Shown: positions 36,502-46,523, counted from the first letter of the stretch. The stretch is 64,000 nt of DNA from Polyangiaceae bacterium (GCA_965222375.1 CBDCTZ010000015.1:1184001-1248000); one strand, 5' to 3'. The notes: generated from the letters alone by a model not told the origin. Made by a program: numbers and translations.

Positions 36502-37542
36502 ATGCTTAGAGCCTCGGCACTCGCCTTCGTCGCATCCCTCGCCGTCACCGCGTGCGGGTCGTCGAGTGACGATCGCGGCCCCGAGCCTCCACACCCATGT
36601 CCACCAGCCGTGGATGCCATTTGTGAAGATCGGGTTGCCTCGGGTGCCATCCCCGCCGCGGATCTCGATGTGTGCAAGGCAAGCGAGTTCGGGGGGTGCA
36701 CGACACTGCACTACTTCCGCAGTTTCCCGAATAGGACGCTGCCAGAATGTCGCTCGGGCGGCTCCACCAAGACGATCAACGCAAACGTCGCCGCCAAGCT
36801 ATTCAAGGGCGGCGGCCTGCGGGACGAACGCGTCGTAGAACAAACCCACGGTCTGCAGCGATACTGGTCGGTTCACGAACTTTGGTTCCACACTGATGCG
36901 ATTGCCACCTCGGTGCCATACCCGCACGCAATGGAAGGCACTCGTGCAGAGCTGGAGACGGCTCTTCGCAACGTCGGCATCGATCCCAACGCAACGTATC
37001 TGACACCGCAGCAGGAGGCGATCGCTAACAAGGCAATCGGCGAGATCGTGTTCCGACCGCTTCGAGAGATGATCCTGGGCAGCCCCGCGCCTGGCCGAGT
37101 CAATATCTTCGTCATTTCGTCCATCGCCGCCCCCTCCCTGGTGGGTTCTTTGGGGGTAAACGGCGAAATTGCGGGGCTCGGAGTATCCCCAACCCTCTTC
37201 GCGCGCATCGGTGAAACGGACCCACAATACGACCTGCTAACACTGATCGGGCTGCCCCCGGATTTCACTCCCACATTATTTGTCGGAAGCGACACCGTCC
37301 GCAAGTACACCAACTACCCGGACAACCTGGTTGCGCACGAGGTGGGACACGTCCTTGGCCTCGTACATCAGAGCAGCACCGGCAACTTGATGACCCAGGG
37401 GACGCCGACCCACTGTCGCACCATCGTCACCGACCAACAGATCGACGATCTAGCGCTACCTCGCTTGAAACACGCGGAGCCGGGCTGGTTGGCTCTGGCC
37501 CGTACGCCCTCGCGCGTGCTGGCAGCCCTGCGGGCGCGGTGA
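36502..37542 (+). CDS. Metzincin zinc metalloprotease lipoprotein
   Basis: HEVGHVLGLVH and Met-turn NLM; lipobox VTAC. Confidence 0.85.
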   Translation: MLRASALAFVASLAVTACGSSSDDRGPEPPHPCPPAVDAICEDRVASGAIPAADLDVCKASEFGGCTTLHYFRSFPNRTLPECRSGGSTKTINANVAAKLFKGGGLRDERVVEQTHGLQRYWSVHELWFHTDAIATSVPYPHAMEGTRAELETALRNVGIDPNATYLTPQQEAIANKAIGEIVFRPLREMILGSPAPGRVNIFVISSIAAPSLVGSLGVNGEIAGLGVSPTLFARIGETDPQYDLLTLIGLPPDFTPTLFVGSDTVRKYTNYPDNLVAHEVGHVLGLVHQSSTGNLMTQGTPTHCRTIVTDQQIDDLALPRLKHAEPGWLALARTPSRVLAALRAR

Positions 37543-37639
37543 GTAACCAAGGCGCAACCAACCTCCCTAAACCCAATCCCACCAACCGAAGCTCAGGCGC
37601 AGAGAGCCAGCAGCTTGCCGCAGGCATCCGCCGAATTGG

Positions 37640-38800
37640 TCAGTGCTCTTGGCCGCAGCTATCCGGGTGATCGCCAATGTCCACGACCGGGATGGGCGTC
37701 GACAGAACCTTGTAGCCCCCGGGCGCGCCGCTCTTGCCGATGTCGCAGTGGAAATGATTGCGGTGTGCGGAGTTGTAATTGGGGGTGAGGCAGATGCTGA
37801 AGACCTGCTGAGCTGCCTGATCGCAGATCAGCGTGTACAGCTCTTTCGAGATCCCCGTCTGAGCGGCAAGCCCAGTCGTGCATGTCGTGCTCGATGCGCC
37901 GGACCACTCCTTCCAGTGGCTCGGGTTGTTGATGTCATAGACTTCGCCGGTCGTCTTGTAGAGGTAGCGAATGTCCATGGCGCGGCCGAAAGAGTGGTTG
38001 GAAAAGCCCTTCGCGGAGCAATCAGGCTCCGGATCGTTGGGGCCGCGGCAGTAGTTGGTCTGGCTCCAGCTGCAACAGCAACGATAGCAATAGGAACCCA
38101 AGGTCCCTACCTTGTTGAAGCCATGGCTCTTCAGCACGCCGGCAAACTTGTGCAGCGTGAGGGCGAAGGTGCAGGCGATCGGATCCGTGGTCGGTGTGTT
38201 CGTCGTCGTCTTGGCGAAGAGCACTCCATTGAGGGGGCCACTGAGCTTGATGCCGTCCACGACGCCCTTGGCCACCGTCGGCGTGTACTGAACGCCCAGG
38301 GCATCCAGCTGGTCTAAGCAGCTACTGCTCGAGCCTTTGACCACGAAGTTGACCTTGTCCGTCGCAACTTGGTTGCCGTCGGCATCGAAGCCCCGCGCTT
38401 CGGTCCAGCGGTCCCCCGGGTATTGGTACTGGTACACGAGGGGGAAGTTCGGCGGCTGGGTGCTCTCGCCCAGCGAGAAGTCCGTTTCGATAACGTACTC
38501 CACTTTGGCGATTCCGGGCCCGGCCAACACCTCGAAGTTCACTTGGGCCATGGGCGGATTGCCCGGAGCCTGGGTGTGCACTTGGCCCTCGGTAGGTACG
38601 GTCACGTCCAGGTAGAAGTTCGGCAATGGAGCAGCGTCGCTGGCGGCATCGGGAAAGGCCGCATCGTTGTTCGTAACGACATCGGCACCGGCATCACCGG
38701 AGCCGCCCCCTGTTCCCGCGGGCCGACCGCCCCCCGAGTCGTCACTGGAGCAGGAAAGCGTCATTGCGGAGACCAGGGCGGCTAGAGTTAGGGATCGCAC
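37640..38800 (-). CDS. Extensin-like (LAS-type Zn peptidase fold) lipoprotein
   Basis: GSY.CR-like segment, SNHSFGRAMDI, TPNYNSAHRNHFHCD; lipobox TLSC. Confidence 0.75.
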   Translation of the reverse strand: MRSLTLAALVSAMTLSCSSDDSGGGRPAGTGGGSGDAGADVVTNNDAAFPDAASDAAPLPNFYLDVTVPTEGQVHTQAPGNPPMAQVNFEVLAGPGIAKVEYVIETDFSLGESTQPPNFPLVYQYQYPGDRWTEARGFDADGNQVATDKVNFVVKGSSSSCLDQLDALGVQYTPTVAKGVVDGIKLSGPLNGVLFAKTTTNTPTTDPIACTFALTLHKFAGVLKSHGFNKVGTLGSYCYRCCCSWSQTNYCRGPNDPEPDCSAKGFSNHSFGRAMDIRYLYKTTGEVYDINNPSHWKEWSGASSTTCTTGLAAQTGISKELYTLICDQAAQQVFSICLTPNYNSAHRNHFHCDIGKSGAPGGYKVLSTPIPVVDIGDHPDSCGQEH

Positions 38801-38923
38801 GCCCTTGGCCTAGCTCGCTGCGGCCCGTAGGTCAAAGCACCCGTGCGAGCTCATCGAACCGAGTGGGAATCCCTCAAGGCATGCCGCGGTGCGCCGTAAC
38901 TAATAGGGTACAATTGGGTCCAG

Positions 38924-40354
38924 ATGACGCCTCGCTTCATTCCGCTTTTCGCGCTGCTGATCAGCGCTTGCGCCGTGACCCACGACCCGGACCCCGTGGC
39001 CAAGGGCGGTTCCGGCGGGGCGCAGGCAGACGCGGGTTTGGGGGGCAGCGCCGGCTCGGGAACGGGCGCCGTCGCGGCCAGTGGTGGCGCGGGGGCAGGC
39101 GGCAGCGCCGGCGCGAGCGCGACCGGCGGTGTGGGCGCCACAGGGGGCATGGGCGGCACGGCTGGCGTGGGTGGCTCTGGAACGGGCGGCGTCGGCGCAA
39201 CAGGTGGCGTCGGCGCGACAGGTGGCGTCGGTGCGACGGGTGGTGTGGGCGCGACCGGGGGCATCGCCACGGGAGGCACCGGGGGCATCGCCACGGGAGG
39301 CACCGGAGGCGGCAGCGTGGGCATTGGTGTGTACAGCTACACAGCCGTACCCGCCTTTGGCCTCGTGAACCCGCCGGCCGTGGCCCACCATCCCGATGGC
39401 GGGCACGCGTTGGTCTTGGACTGGGCGGACAAGGTGTACCGCTACAGCGCGGGAGCCCTGACCCAAGTTGCATCAGCTGGCAGTGGCGTGTCTTGGCGTG
39501 ATGTCGTGTACGTGAACAAGGACCAAGCCGTGTTGCTTGGACGCCACGGTAGCCTGAACGAAGGGCGTATCTACGTTTGGGACGAAAAGACGTCCAAGCT
39601 CACGGAGCAAACAGCCGAGAAGTTCGCAGGGGGAACCTACGAGTCCATCGACATCGCAGCGAACGGCACCGGGAAGTTGCTCGGCTCCAAGAAGAGCAGC
39701 GGCGCTGGCTACCTTGCGTATCTATGGGACTTCACGGTGCTCTCGGGTCGGACGAATGTGAAAGCCAAGCCGACCTCCGCGGGGTGTCAGGATCTCGCCT
39801 GGGCGACGGACGCGTTCAACGGCACGGCGGTCGCAGTCGTCTGCGGGCTCAACGGTGCCACACTGTTTCACCTGGACAGCGGTGGCTTCTTTCAGGACTA
39901 CACCGGCAATTCCGGCAACGTTTCCCGCATCTCGTCGCGTCCCCAGCGCGACTATGCACTTCTGGTGGGTAGCTCCAGTTCGAAGGTGTATCGCTACCAG
40001 CAAGGTTTGTGGACCACGGGGTTCAATAGCCCGCAGCTGAGCGGGATCTTCGGCGTCGAGTTTTCGTCGGATGGCAGCCGCGCGCTCTTGTTCGGTCGCG
40101 CCTTGGGCTCGCCCCTCACCGGGCGCGTATTCGAGTTCCGCCACGACTTGATGAAGCAGTCGGACTTCACGGACGTGTCGATCCCCAACTTCGGCTTGCC
40201 GCCCTACAACGCCACGAGCAACGTCTACCTGAACGACGTCTCCTGGCAGCCCGGCTGCGACGGCGGCCTGATCGTCGGTGGAATGAACACCCTGAGCACC
40301 AAGAAGGGATACGTGATCCGATTCTCGGTGATCAACGGAAGCAGCTGCACGTAG
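38924..40354 (+). CDS. Gly-rich lipoprotein with beta-propeller
   Basis: Lipobox ISAC, ATGGVG repeats, blades HPDG/FSSDG/WQPG. Confidence 0.8.
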   Translation: MTPRFIPLFALLISACAVTHDPDPVAKGGSGGAQADAGLGGSAGSGTGAVAASGGAGAGGSAGASATGGVGATGGMGGTAGVGGSGTGGVGATGGVGATGGVGATGGVGATGGIATGGTGGIATGGTGGGSVGIGVYSYTAVPAFGLVNPPAVAHHPDGGHALVLDWADKVYRYSAGALTQVASAGSGVSWRDVVYVNKDQAVLLGRHGSLNEGRIYVWDEKTSKLTEQTAEKFAGGTYESIDIAANGTGKLLGSKKSSGAGYLAYLWDFTVLSGRTNVKAKPTSAGCQDLAWATDAFNGTAVAVVCGLNGATLFHLDSGGFFQDYTGNSGNVSRISSRPQRDYALLVGSSSSKVYRYQQGLWTTGFNSPQLSGIFGVEFSSDGSRALLFGRALGSPLTGRVFEFRHDLMKQSDFTDVSIPNFGLPPYNATSNVYLNDVSWQPGCDGGLIVGGMNTLSTKKGYVIRFSVINGSSCT

Positions 40355-40461
40355 GCAGCCCCCGCCGCGCAAAGAACCGAACCTGCGCGAGTGATTGTCT
40401 GGCAAACGCGATCCGGACATCGCGGTGCAACGCGTCGTGGTTTTCCGGTTAAGCTACCGCG

Positions 40462-41901
40462 GTGCGACGACTACTACTGCCCGCGTGTTTGACCCTCGTG
40501 CTGTTGGCGTGCAAGCGGAGCGAATCCGGCCCCGCCGCCCACGACACCACCCAACCTCCTTCACCGCCAGCGCCAACCATCGCTGTGCAACCAACCACGC
40601 CAGCCGTTGCGACCACGATGCCGCCACCTCCAGCACCCACGGAGGTGATCGAGGCTCCGGACGGCGCATTGCTCGCGGGCAAGGACACCTACGCGGTCAT
40701 CGCCGGGGTGCTCAGCTTCGCCGAGCCCGGAGTTGCGGGTTGGTCCGCGAAGAACCGCAAAGATCTGGAGCTGTATCAACTCTTGCGTTCTCGGGGTGTG
40801 CCCACCAAGAACCTCGAACTACTGCTCGACGACAAGGCAACCCATGCCAACGTCGCGGCCGCTTTGAAGCGCGTCGCGAAGCGCGCGCCGGCGGGCTCTA
40901 CCCTCTTGTTCTACTACGCGGGCCACGGGACCCGTGACAAGAGCGGCAAGCCCTACTTCTTGGCCTATGACACGAAGAGCCGAGACATGCCGAACACTGG
41001 CATCGCGGTGTCGGGTGTCGCGGACACGCTGACGCAGCACTTCTCCGGACGGCGAGTCGTACTGATGGCGGACTGCTGCTACTCCGGCACGCTCAAGGAC
41101 GTCGCCGACACCGTAGCGGAGAAGAAGAAGATCGAAGCCGTGAGCATCACGTCTGCCGACGCATCGAATCTTTCCACCAGCAACTGGACGTTCACGCAGA
41201 CCGTGATTGACGGCCTACGCGGGGATGGGCTGATGGACCGGGATCGCAACGGAACCGTCAATCTGGCCGAGCTGGGTGGGAGTGTGGCGGACGAGATGAA
41301 GTTCCGCGAAAAGCAGCGTCACGGCTTCCATCTCCGCGGCCTGACTCCGAACACGGCCATCGCGAAGGCCGCCAAAGTCGAAGCCGGCGCGGGCCCCCAC
41401 AAGGCGGGCAGCTACGTACTGGCGAGCTACGACCACAGCATGCGCACCGCCCAAGTGCGAAAGGCCGGCAAGGACACGAGCCTGGTGCGCTTCTATCACT
41501 ACAGCCATAGCGAAGAGCGGCAGGTCGCTAACTCGGATCTGCAAGCGCTGAAGTTCCGAAGGTACAAGAAGGACGCAAAGCTCAAGGTCTACTGGGGCGG
41601 CAAGCTCTGGGACGCGCAAGTCACGAAGGCCGAAGGCGACTTCCACTTCATCACCTATCCGGGCTGGCCCGCCTACTGGGACGAGTGGGTGATGAGCGAT
41701 CGCATCGCCGACACGGGCCCCGAGGGCGCCGGCGGCAACGAAAAGGTGCAGATCGAATGGCGCGGCAAATGGTGGCCCGGCGTGATCTTGAAGAAGCAGG
41801 GCAAACGCTACCTCGTGCACTACGATGGCTACGGCCCCGAGTGGGACGAATGGGTCACCGAAGCGCGACTGAAGCGCAAGGCGGGCGCGAAGAAAAAGTA
41901 G
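40462..41901 (+). CDS. Caspase-family (C14) lipoprotein with C-terminal Tudor/Agenet-like domains
   Basis: Lipobox LLAC; YYAGHG and ADCCYSG dyad motifs; two W.G..W...Y.G[WY]...WDEWV repeats. Confidence 0.88.
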   Translation: MRRLLLPACLTLVLLACKRSESGPAAHDTTQPPSPPAPTIAVQPTTPAVATTMPPPPAPTEVIEAPDGALLAGKDTYAVIAGVLSFAEPGVAGWSAKNRKDLELYQLLRSRGVPTKNLELLLDDKATHANVAAALKRVAKRAPAGSTLLFYYAGHGTRDKSGKPYFLAYDTKSRDMPNTGIAVSGVADTLTQHFSGRRVVLMADCCYSGTLKDVADTVAEKKKIEAVSITSADASNLSTSNWTFTQTVIDGLRGDGLMDRDRNGTVNLAELGGSVADEMKFREKQRHGFHLRGLTPNTAIAKAAKVEAGAGPHKAGSYVLASYDHSMRTAQVRKAGKDTSLVRFYHYSHSEERQVANSDLQALKFRRYKKDAKLKVYWGGKLWDAQVTKAEGDFHFITYPGWPAYWDEWVMSDRIADTGPEGAGGNEKVQIEWRGKWWPGVILKKQGKRYLVHYDGYGPEWDEWVTEARLKRKAGAKKK

Positions 41902-41952
41902 TCAGCGCGGTCGGATTGGTTCTTGGAGGGCAACAGAGCTGAACTGCGCCGC
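41873..41952 (+). repeat. Direct repeat A, copy 1 (caspase gene 3' end and downstream)
   Basis: 80 bp with 2 mismatches to 43493-43572. Confidence 0.95.
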
Positions 41953-42118
41953 ATTGGGCTTCGAGAGTGGGCCTCTCGCACCGGGGTGCGCCTGTAACCA
42001 CGTCATCCCAAGTGCGACGGCCTCCAAACGAGTCCGTGCTGCGAACGGTACTCAGCGAGGGGCCACCCACGCTGGTGAAGCCCAGCCAGGCAACGTGGTC
42101 TGCTAGGTTTGTCGTCGA

Positions 42119-42556
42119 ATGAGGCTGCCCCGACCAAGCCTGGTGGTGGTCTTGGCCACAGCGCTCGCTGCAGCGGCCGCACTTCTACACCAACGGACCA
42201 CCATGGACCCGGTGTACTTCGGGTCGCAACCAGTCGTGTCGTCCATTCCGGAGCTCGACGCGCGGCCTCATCGCGACGGGAACGCGACGACGGAGACGGA
42301 AGTCCCGTTGACGCGCCGCGAACGCGTCGCTGTCGCATCAGCCGTGCGCTTCGCGTCGCAGCACGGGAAGCGCTTGCCCCCGCGAGTTGGGTACTACGTG
42401 TGTAGAAGCCGCGAGGGGTGGATTGTCGACATCTACGACGCGGATCGCCCGTGGGTGACGAGTATGACCCGCGTCCGATTGTCCCACGCATTCAAGCTTC
42501 GCGGGTTCGGTGCGAGTACGGACGCGTGCGATTTCTACGCGAAAGACATCCCCTGA
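42119..42556 (+). CDS. Hypothetical protein
   Basis: ORF with N-terminal hydrophobic segment. Confidence 0.5.
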   Translation: MRLPRPSLVVVLATALAAAAALLHQRTTMDPVYFGSQPVVSSIPELDARPHRDGNATTETEVPLTRRERVAVASAVRFASQHGKRLPPRVGYYVCRSREGWIVDIYDADRPWVTSMTRVRLSHAFKLRGFGASTDACDFYAKDIP

Positions 42557-42615
42557 CGCGTCGCCGACAGTCTCTACTTCGCCATGCTGGCTACCCGCTA
42601 CCGATAGGCGGGTAT

Positions 42616-43254
42616 TCAGTTGGTGGGAGGACACGAGACGAGGGTACGCTCGATGACGCACAGGTCGAGCTTCTTCCGCAGCGCTGGCTCGTAGGTCTCG
42701 AACGCCGTCTGAGCTTCGTCGTGGCTCGAGCGCGACGGAAGCTTCGAGGCGATGATCAGCCCGCCGCCAGCGAGCATGAGTCCTCCGCTCAGCGCGAGAG
42801 GGGGGTCGAAGGCGGGCTCGCCGGTTTGCTCATCCTCCTCGAGGAAAAGTGGCGTCAGGAACAGCGCGGCGCCCGCGGTCAGTGCGGCGATCCCGCCCCA
42901 GTACAATCCGTCGGCTAGCTGCCGCTTGGAGGAGGAGCGCTTGGCCGCTATCGCCGCGGGCGAACCCTCCGGCACGACTGGCAGTATGTCCTCCGCGTAG
43001 TACACGCGCCGGCCATCGGCCACCTGCAAGTAGTCGACCTCGCGCTCGTGCCCCACCGCGACTCCGCCCTGCAGGTACGTGATGTCGGTGCGATGCATCG
43101 ACAGCGGCTGAAGCTTCTCGTAGGCGGCCACGCGCTCGGCCTCGGCGGCCGTGGCGGGCGGGGCGCTCAGCTGCTGGTGCGGCTCACACGCCCCTAGCGT
43201 CGCCAACAGCGCGACGGCAAGAACCGCTCCTTTCATGCCCAGCCATCGTGTCAT
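42616..43254 (-). CDS. Lipoprotein with two C-terminal hydrophobic helices
   Basis: Lipobox LGAC; GC3-rich ORF. Confidence 0.75.
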   Translation of the reverse strand: MTRWLGMKGAVLAVALLATLGACEPHQQLSAPPATAAEAERVAAYEKLQPLSMHRTDITYLQGGVAVGHEREVDYLQVADGRRVYYAEDILPVVPEGSPAAIAAKRSSSKRQLADGLYWGGIAALTAGAALFLTPLFLEEDEQTGEPAFDPPLALSGGLMLAGGGLIIASKLPSRSSHDEAQTAFETYEPALRKKLDLCVIERTLVSCPPTN

Positions 43255-43492
43255 GTGCACGGAAGCAGGTCAACGGGAACCGCAACGTCGCGCTCCACAC
43301 GCCTCTGCAAGTTGCGGCAGTTCTGTTGAACTTGCTCGAGGCTCTTGCCAACACCGCGCGGGGGCACCGTGCGCTTGCCCTGGGTGACTGGGCAGCTCGG
43401 TTGCTATCCCAACAAAGAAGCAGTCACCGAGGATCGCGCTCGATTCGAAGACCCTGGTTGACCGATTGACGACAAGCCGTCGCCCTTCGCGG

Positions 43493-43572
43493 AGCGCAAG
43501 GCGGGCGCGAAGAAAAAGTAGTCAGCGCGGTCGGATTGGTTTTTGGATGGCAACAGAGCTGAACTGCGCCGC
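43493..43572 (+). repeat. Direct repeat A, copy 2
   Basis: Matches 41873-41952 at offset 1620. Confidence 0.95.
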
Positions 43573-43733
43573 CCTTTGACTTCGTACCTGGGCCTCTCGC
43601 AAGCGAGTGCCCTCGGCTCGGGCCGAGATAGACCGTCAGAGCAACGCGCGGCGACACGCCGCTGGCAGTTTCCTGCCCAAAGCCAAGACGGCGCCTGTGG
43701 CTCGATGATGCGTCGAAGGGCGTTCTGGCGCCG

Positions 43734-44354
43734 CTAGCACTCGGCCAGGTTCAGTTGGCCCCAGGCGTGCTGGCAGTTGTGCACGCCGGGTGCGCCTTGA
43801 GCCGTCTTGCACCACTTGGAAAAACAGCTCAGCTCTTTTGCCGAGAAACCCGCGCACGCCTTCAAGCAGTCGCCCTCGGATGCGTGGGGATAGCCTGACA
43901 TGCCCCCGCAGGTCGTGGTGAGGCACCCACAGTAGTCGGCGCAGGCCGTGCCCGCGTCTTGCCCGCCACCAGAGTCCGTACCGCCGCCATCGGTCGTGCC
44001 TCCGGAGTGCCCTCCGGTACCCGCTTCGTGCCCAGTGCCCCCCGCGCCGCCTGTGCCCCCATCATGGCCGACCGAGCAGTTCACCCCCGTCGGACAGGGC
44101 AACGCCTCGCACGCATCGACACACTCTTTGAGCCGAACGACGCATTGATCGTCGTCAAGAGTATGGGACAGATCATGGCAGTCTTTGGCAATGTCTTGAC
44201 TGCCGTCGTCTTTGAGATGACAGGCCTCCAGGATCGTGCCGCATTCGCCACCCTGGGCCTGGGGCTTCGATCCTCCGGAGTCGTCATCGGATGAAGAGCA
44301 GGCGATGAAACCTGCCAGAGCGAGGCACAGCGGAGCAGCGCGAAGCTTGAGCAT
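43734..44354 (-). CDS. Cys/His-rich lipoprotein
   Basis: Lipobox FIAC; two Cys-rich domains joined by a Gly linker. Confidence 0.8.
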   Translation of the reverse strand: MLKLRAAPLCLALAGFIACSSSDDDSGGSKPQAQGGECGTILEACHLKDDGSQDIAKDCHDLSHTLDDDQCVVRLKECVDACEALPCPTGVNCSVGHDGGTGGAGGTGHEAGTGGHSGGTTDGGGTDSGGGQDAGTACADYCGCLTTTCGGMSGYPHASEGDCLKACAGFSAKELSCFSKWCKTAQGAPGVHNCQHAWGQLNLAEC

Positions 44355-44597
44355 CTCGCTACGCTAACGTCGATCCATGATCTTCAGGCAGCCTTTTCGA
44401 AGCAGCAGTCGTGTCGCTCGTGGGCCAGCCGCTCCTCGCCGGCACGTTGCCAGCGCAAATTCAGCATTTTCGGTGACTTGCCTCCCAGCGAAGCTCGCCG
44501 GATGGAGCTCGGGCCGGCCTGCGGCATCCAGTGCGGTGGAGGGACGAAGTCCGACTCCATCGACGAGTCCCCATCACGAAAGGAGCACTCGAGTTTA

Positions 44598-45557
44598 TTA
44601 CAAATTGAAGTTGTCGATGGTCGTCTGTCCCGCCTGGGGCGATTGCCAGGAGTTTGTGAACACCGTCACGCGCCCATTCTGGAGCGCGTTGTGGGTCTTG
44701 ACGGTGCCCAAGGCAGTCCAGTTGACGCCGTCGAGAGACGTGAGAAACGTCGTGGTGCCTCCAGCATTGCTGATGCGCCACCAGCGGTGCTTCACGGGAT
44801 CATAGCTGAGCGACTTGGTCGACGGTCCACCCCAGGCGAAATTCGACACTGTCAGGTTGAAACGAAGAGCTGCCTCCTTCACATACGGCTCGGAACCGAA
44901 CTCCAAAACGGTCGTGACGCCGCTGGCGAGCAGTGGCGCGACCATCTCAATGGTAACCCTGCAGTTTCGCAGGTCAGCGCTCTGACTGCGGATTCCTGCG
45001 CTTCCTAGTTGGGTGCTGGGTATGGTCAGCACCAGGCTGCCGCCGGCCTCAGCGACGCTGCCAGCTCCGGTTGTTGATATACTTGCGTGGAGGGTACCGT
45101 CGTTGAAGTCCTCGGAACCGACGGAACAGGGCGGCACATTCCCGCCGCCGTCCGGAGCGCCTGCGTCGCCTGTTTGAGAGCCCGCGCCGCCGGCTGTTCC
45201 GCCCGTGGCTGCGCCGCCGGCTGTTCCGCCCGTGGCTGCGCCGCCGGCTGTTCCGCCCGTGGCCGCGCCGCCGGCTGTTCCGCCCGTGGCCGCGCCGCCG
45301 GCTGTTCCGCCCGTGGCCGCGCCGCCGGCTGTTCCGCCCGTGGCCGCGCCGCCGGCTGTTCCGCCCGTGGCCGCGCCGCCTGTGCTTCCGTCCGGACCTT
45401 GGCCAGCGAATCCTCCGGTCACGGAGCCTGCAACGCCGCCTCCGCCCGCAGCGGCAGCGTTGCGGTTCTCGGTCAGAGCGTCAGAGTCGAACAGCAACGA
45501 ACATGCGGGCGCGAGCAGGGCAAGCACCGGCGCCGTGACCATCCGTGATAGGCGCAT
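44598..45557 (-). CDS. Lipoprotein with tandem AATGGTAGG linker and beta-sandwich domain
   Basis: Lipobox APAC; RWWRIS...TSLDGVNW...IDNFN. Confidence 0.8.
   Translation of the reverse strand: MRLSRMVTAPVLALLAPACSLLFDSDALTENRNAAAAGGGGVAGSVTGGFAGQGPDGSTGGAATGGTAGGAATGGTAGGAATGGTAGGAATGGTAGGAATGGTAGGAATGGTAGGAATGGTAGGAGSQTGDAGAPDGGGNVPPCSVGSEDFNDGTLHASISTTGAGSVAEAGGSLVLTIPSTQLGSAGIRSQSADLRNCRVTIEMVAPLLASGVTTVLEFGSEPYVKEAALRFNLTVSNFAWGGPSTKSLSYDPVKHRWWRISNAGGTTTFLTSLDGVNWTALGTVKTHNALQNGRVTVFTNSWQSPQAGQTTIDNFNL
45184..45380. repeat. 27-bp coding tandem repeat, 7 copies
   Basis: gcgccgccggctgttccgcccgtggcY units, near identical. Confidence 0.95.
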
Positions 45558-45886
45558 CCACAAATCGTATCGGTGAACGTGGTGTCGGTCAACGCTTGTC
45601 CGCAGGAAATGGCCGGCGTGCTGCTCATGGGAAGTTCCCACTACGCCTGTGCGAGATCTTGCCGATGCCTTCGGCAGCGGCTTGGGGACAGGCTTCACCG
45701 GAGCACCAGCCGATGCGCGTTCATGTCCAAGCGCTCTGAGCGCCACTGAGATCAGCCCGCTGTAGGCGATGCGGAAAGTACGCGCCAGCTCGTGTAGGCG
45801 GTCCCCGTCTTGCCACTACGTCAGCCCGTCGTGAGGGTGGAGCCTCCTTCTTGTAGTGATGGGCGAGGAGGGGTGAGGCAAGCGCA

Positions 45887-46396
45887 TCACGCCGGGACGG
45901 TTTGGAATCGCTTCAACAGCGCTTGGACCCAGGGATTGTCGAGCGGCGGTGCAGCGGGCCCCGGCAGCGGCACGATGTCCCGCGCGTCGAGCTCGGATCC
46001 GCAGTTGCTGCAGCACATGACTGGCTCGGCCTCGGCGCCGCAGGCTCGGTGGTGATATCGAATGGCGGGCCCATCTCCTGACGATTTCCAGCGCATGCCC
46101 CAGCCGTTGAGCGCCAGAAGAACCGGGTAGAGGTCGAGCCCTTTTTCGGTCAGTCGGTACTCATAACGGTTCGGGCGTCGTCGGTACAGCTTGCGTTCAA
46201 GGACTCCGTCCTCGACGAGCTTCTTGATGCGCGCCGCGAGAACATGGCGCGTGACGCCCAGGGCCTCCTGGAACTGTCCGAAGCGGCGTGCACGCAGGAA
46301 CGCCTCCCGCAAAATGAGCATGGTCCATCGGTCACCGATCACGCTCAGCGTCTTGGCAATCGGACAAGGTTCGTCTTCGAGCTGGCGCCACCGCAT
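45887..46396 (-). CDS. HxlR family transcriptional regulator
   Basis: CPIAKTLSVIGDRWTMLILRE...YEYRLTEKGLDL. Confidence 0.93.
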   Translation of the reverse strand: MRWRQLEDEPCPIAKTLSVIGDRWTMLILREAFLRARRFGQFQEALGVTRHVLAARIKKLVEDGVLERKLYRRRPNRYEYRLTEKGLDLYPVLLALNGWGMRWKSSGDGPAIRYHHRACGAEAEPVMCCSNCGSELDARDIVPLPGPAAPPLDNPWVQALLKRFQTVPA

Positions 46397-46416
46397 CGCA
46401 CCCAGTCTAGCCTAGC

Positions 46417-46504
46417 GAGTTCCAAAAAAGTACTCAGCTGCTCCTCGGTTCCCACCCTTGACACGCCCCCATGAAAGAATTTAAAGTTAGTTCTAATTTA
46501 GAAC
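46417..46504. promoter_or_regulatory. Divergent promoter with two GTTC-N7-GWAC operators
   Basis: Perfect palindrome GTTCTAATTTAGAAC (46490-46504); GAGTTCCAAAAAAGTACTC (46417-46435); TTGACA at 46458. Confidence 0.7.
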
Positions 46505-46523
46505 CATCTCAGGAGGCCGCGCG

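Noticed and set aside
45184..45380. 27-bp repeats (and similar ones at ~7900, ~14450, ~18540, ~39180) as non-coding arrays
   Set aside because: In-frame Gly-rich linker repeats inside lipoprotein genes
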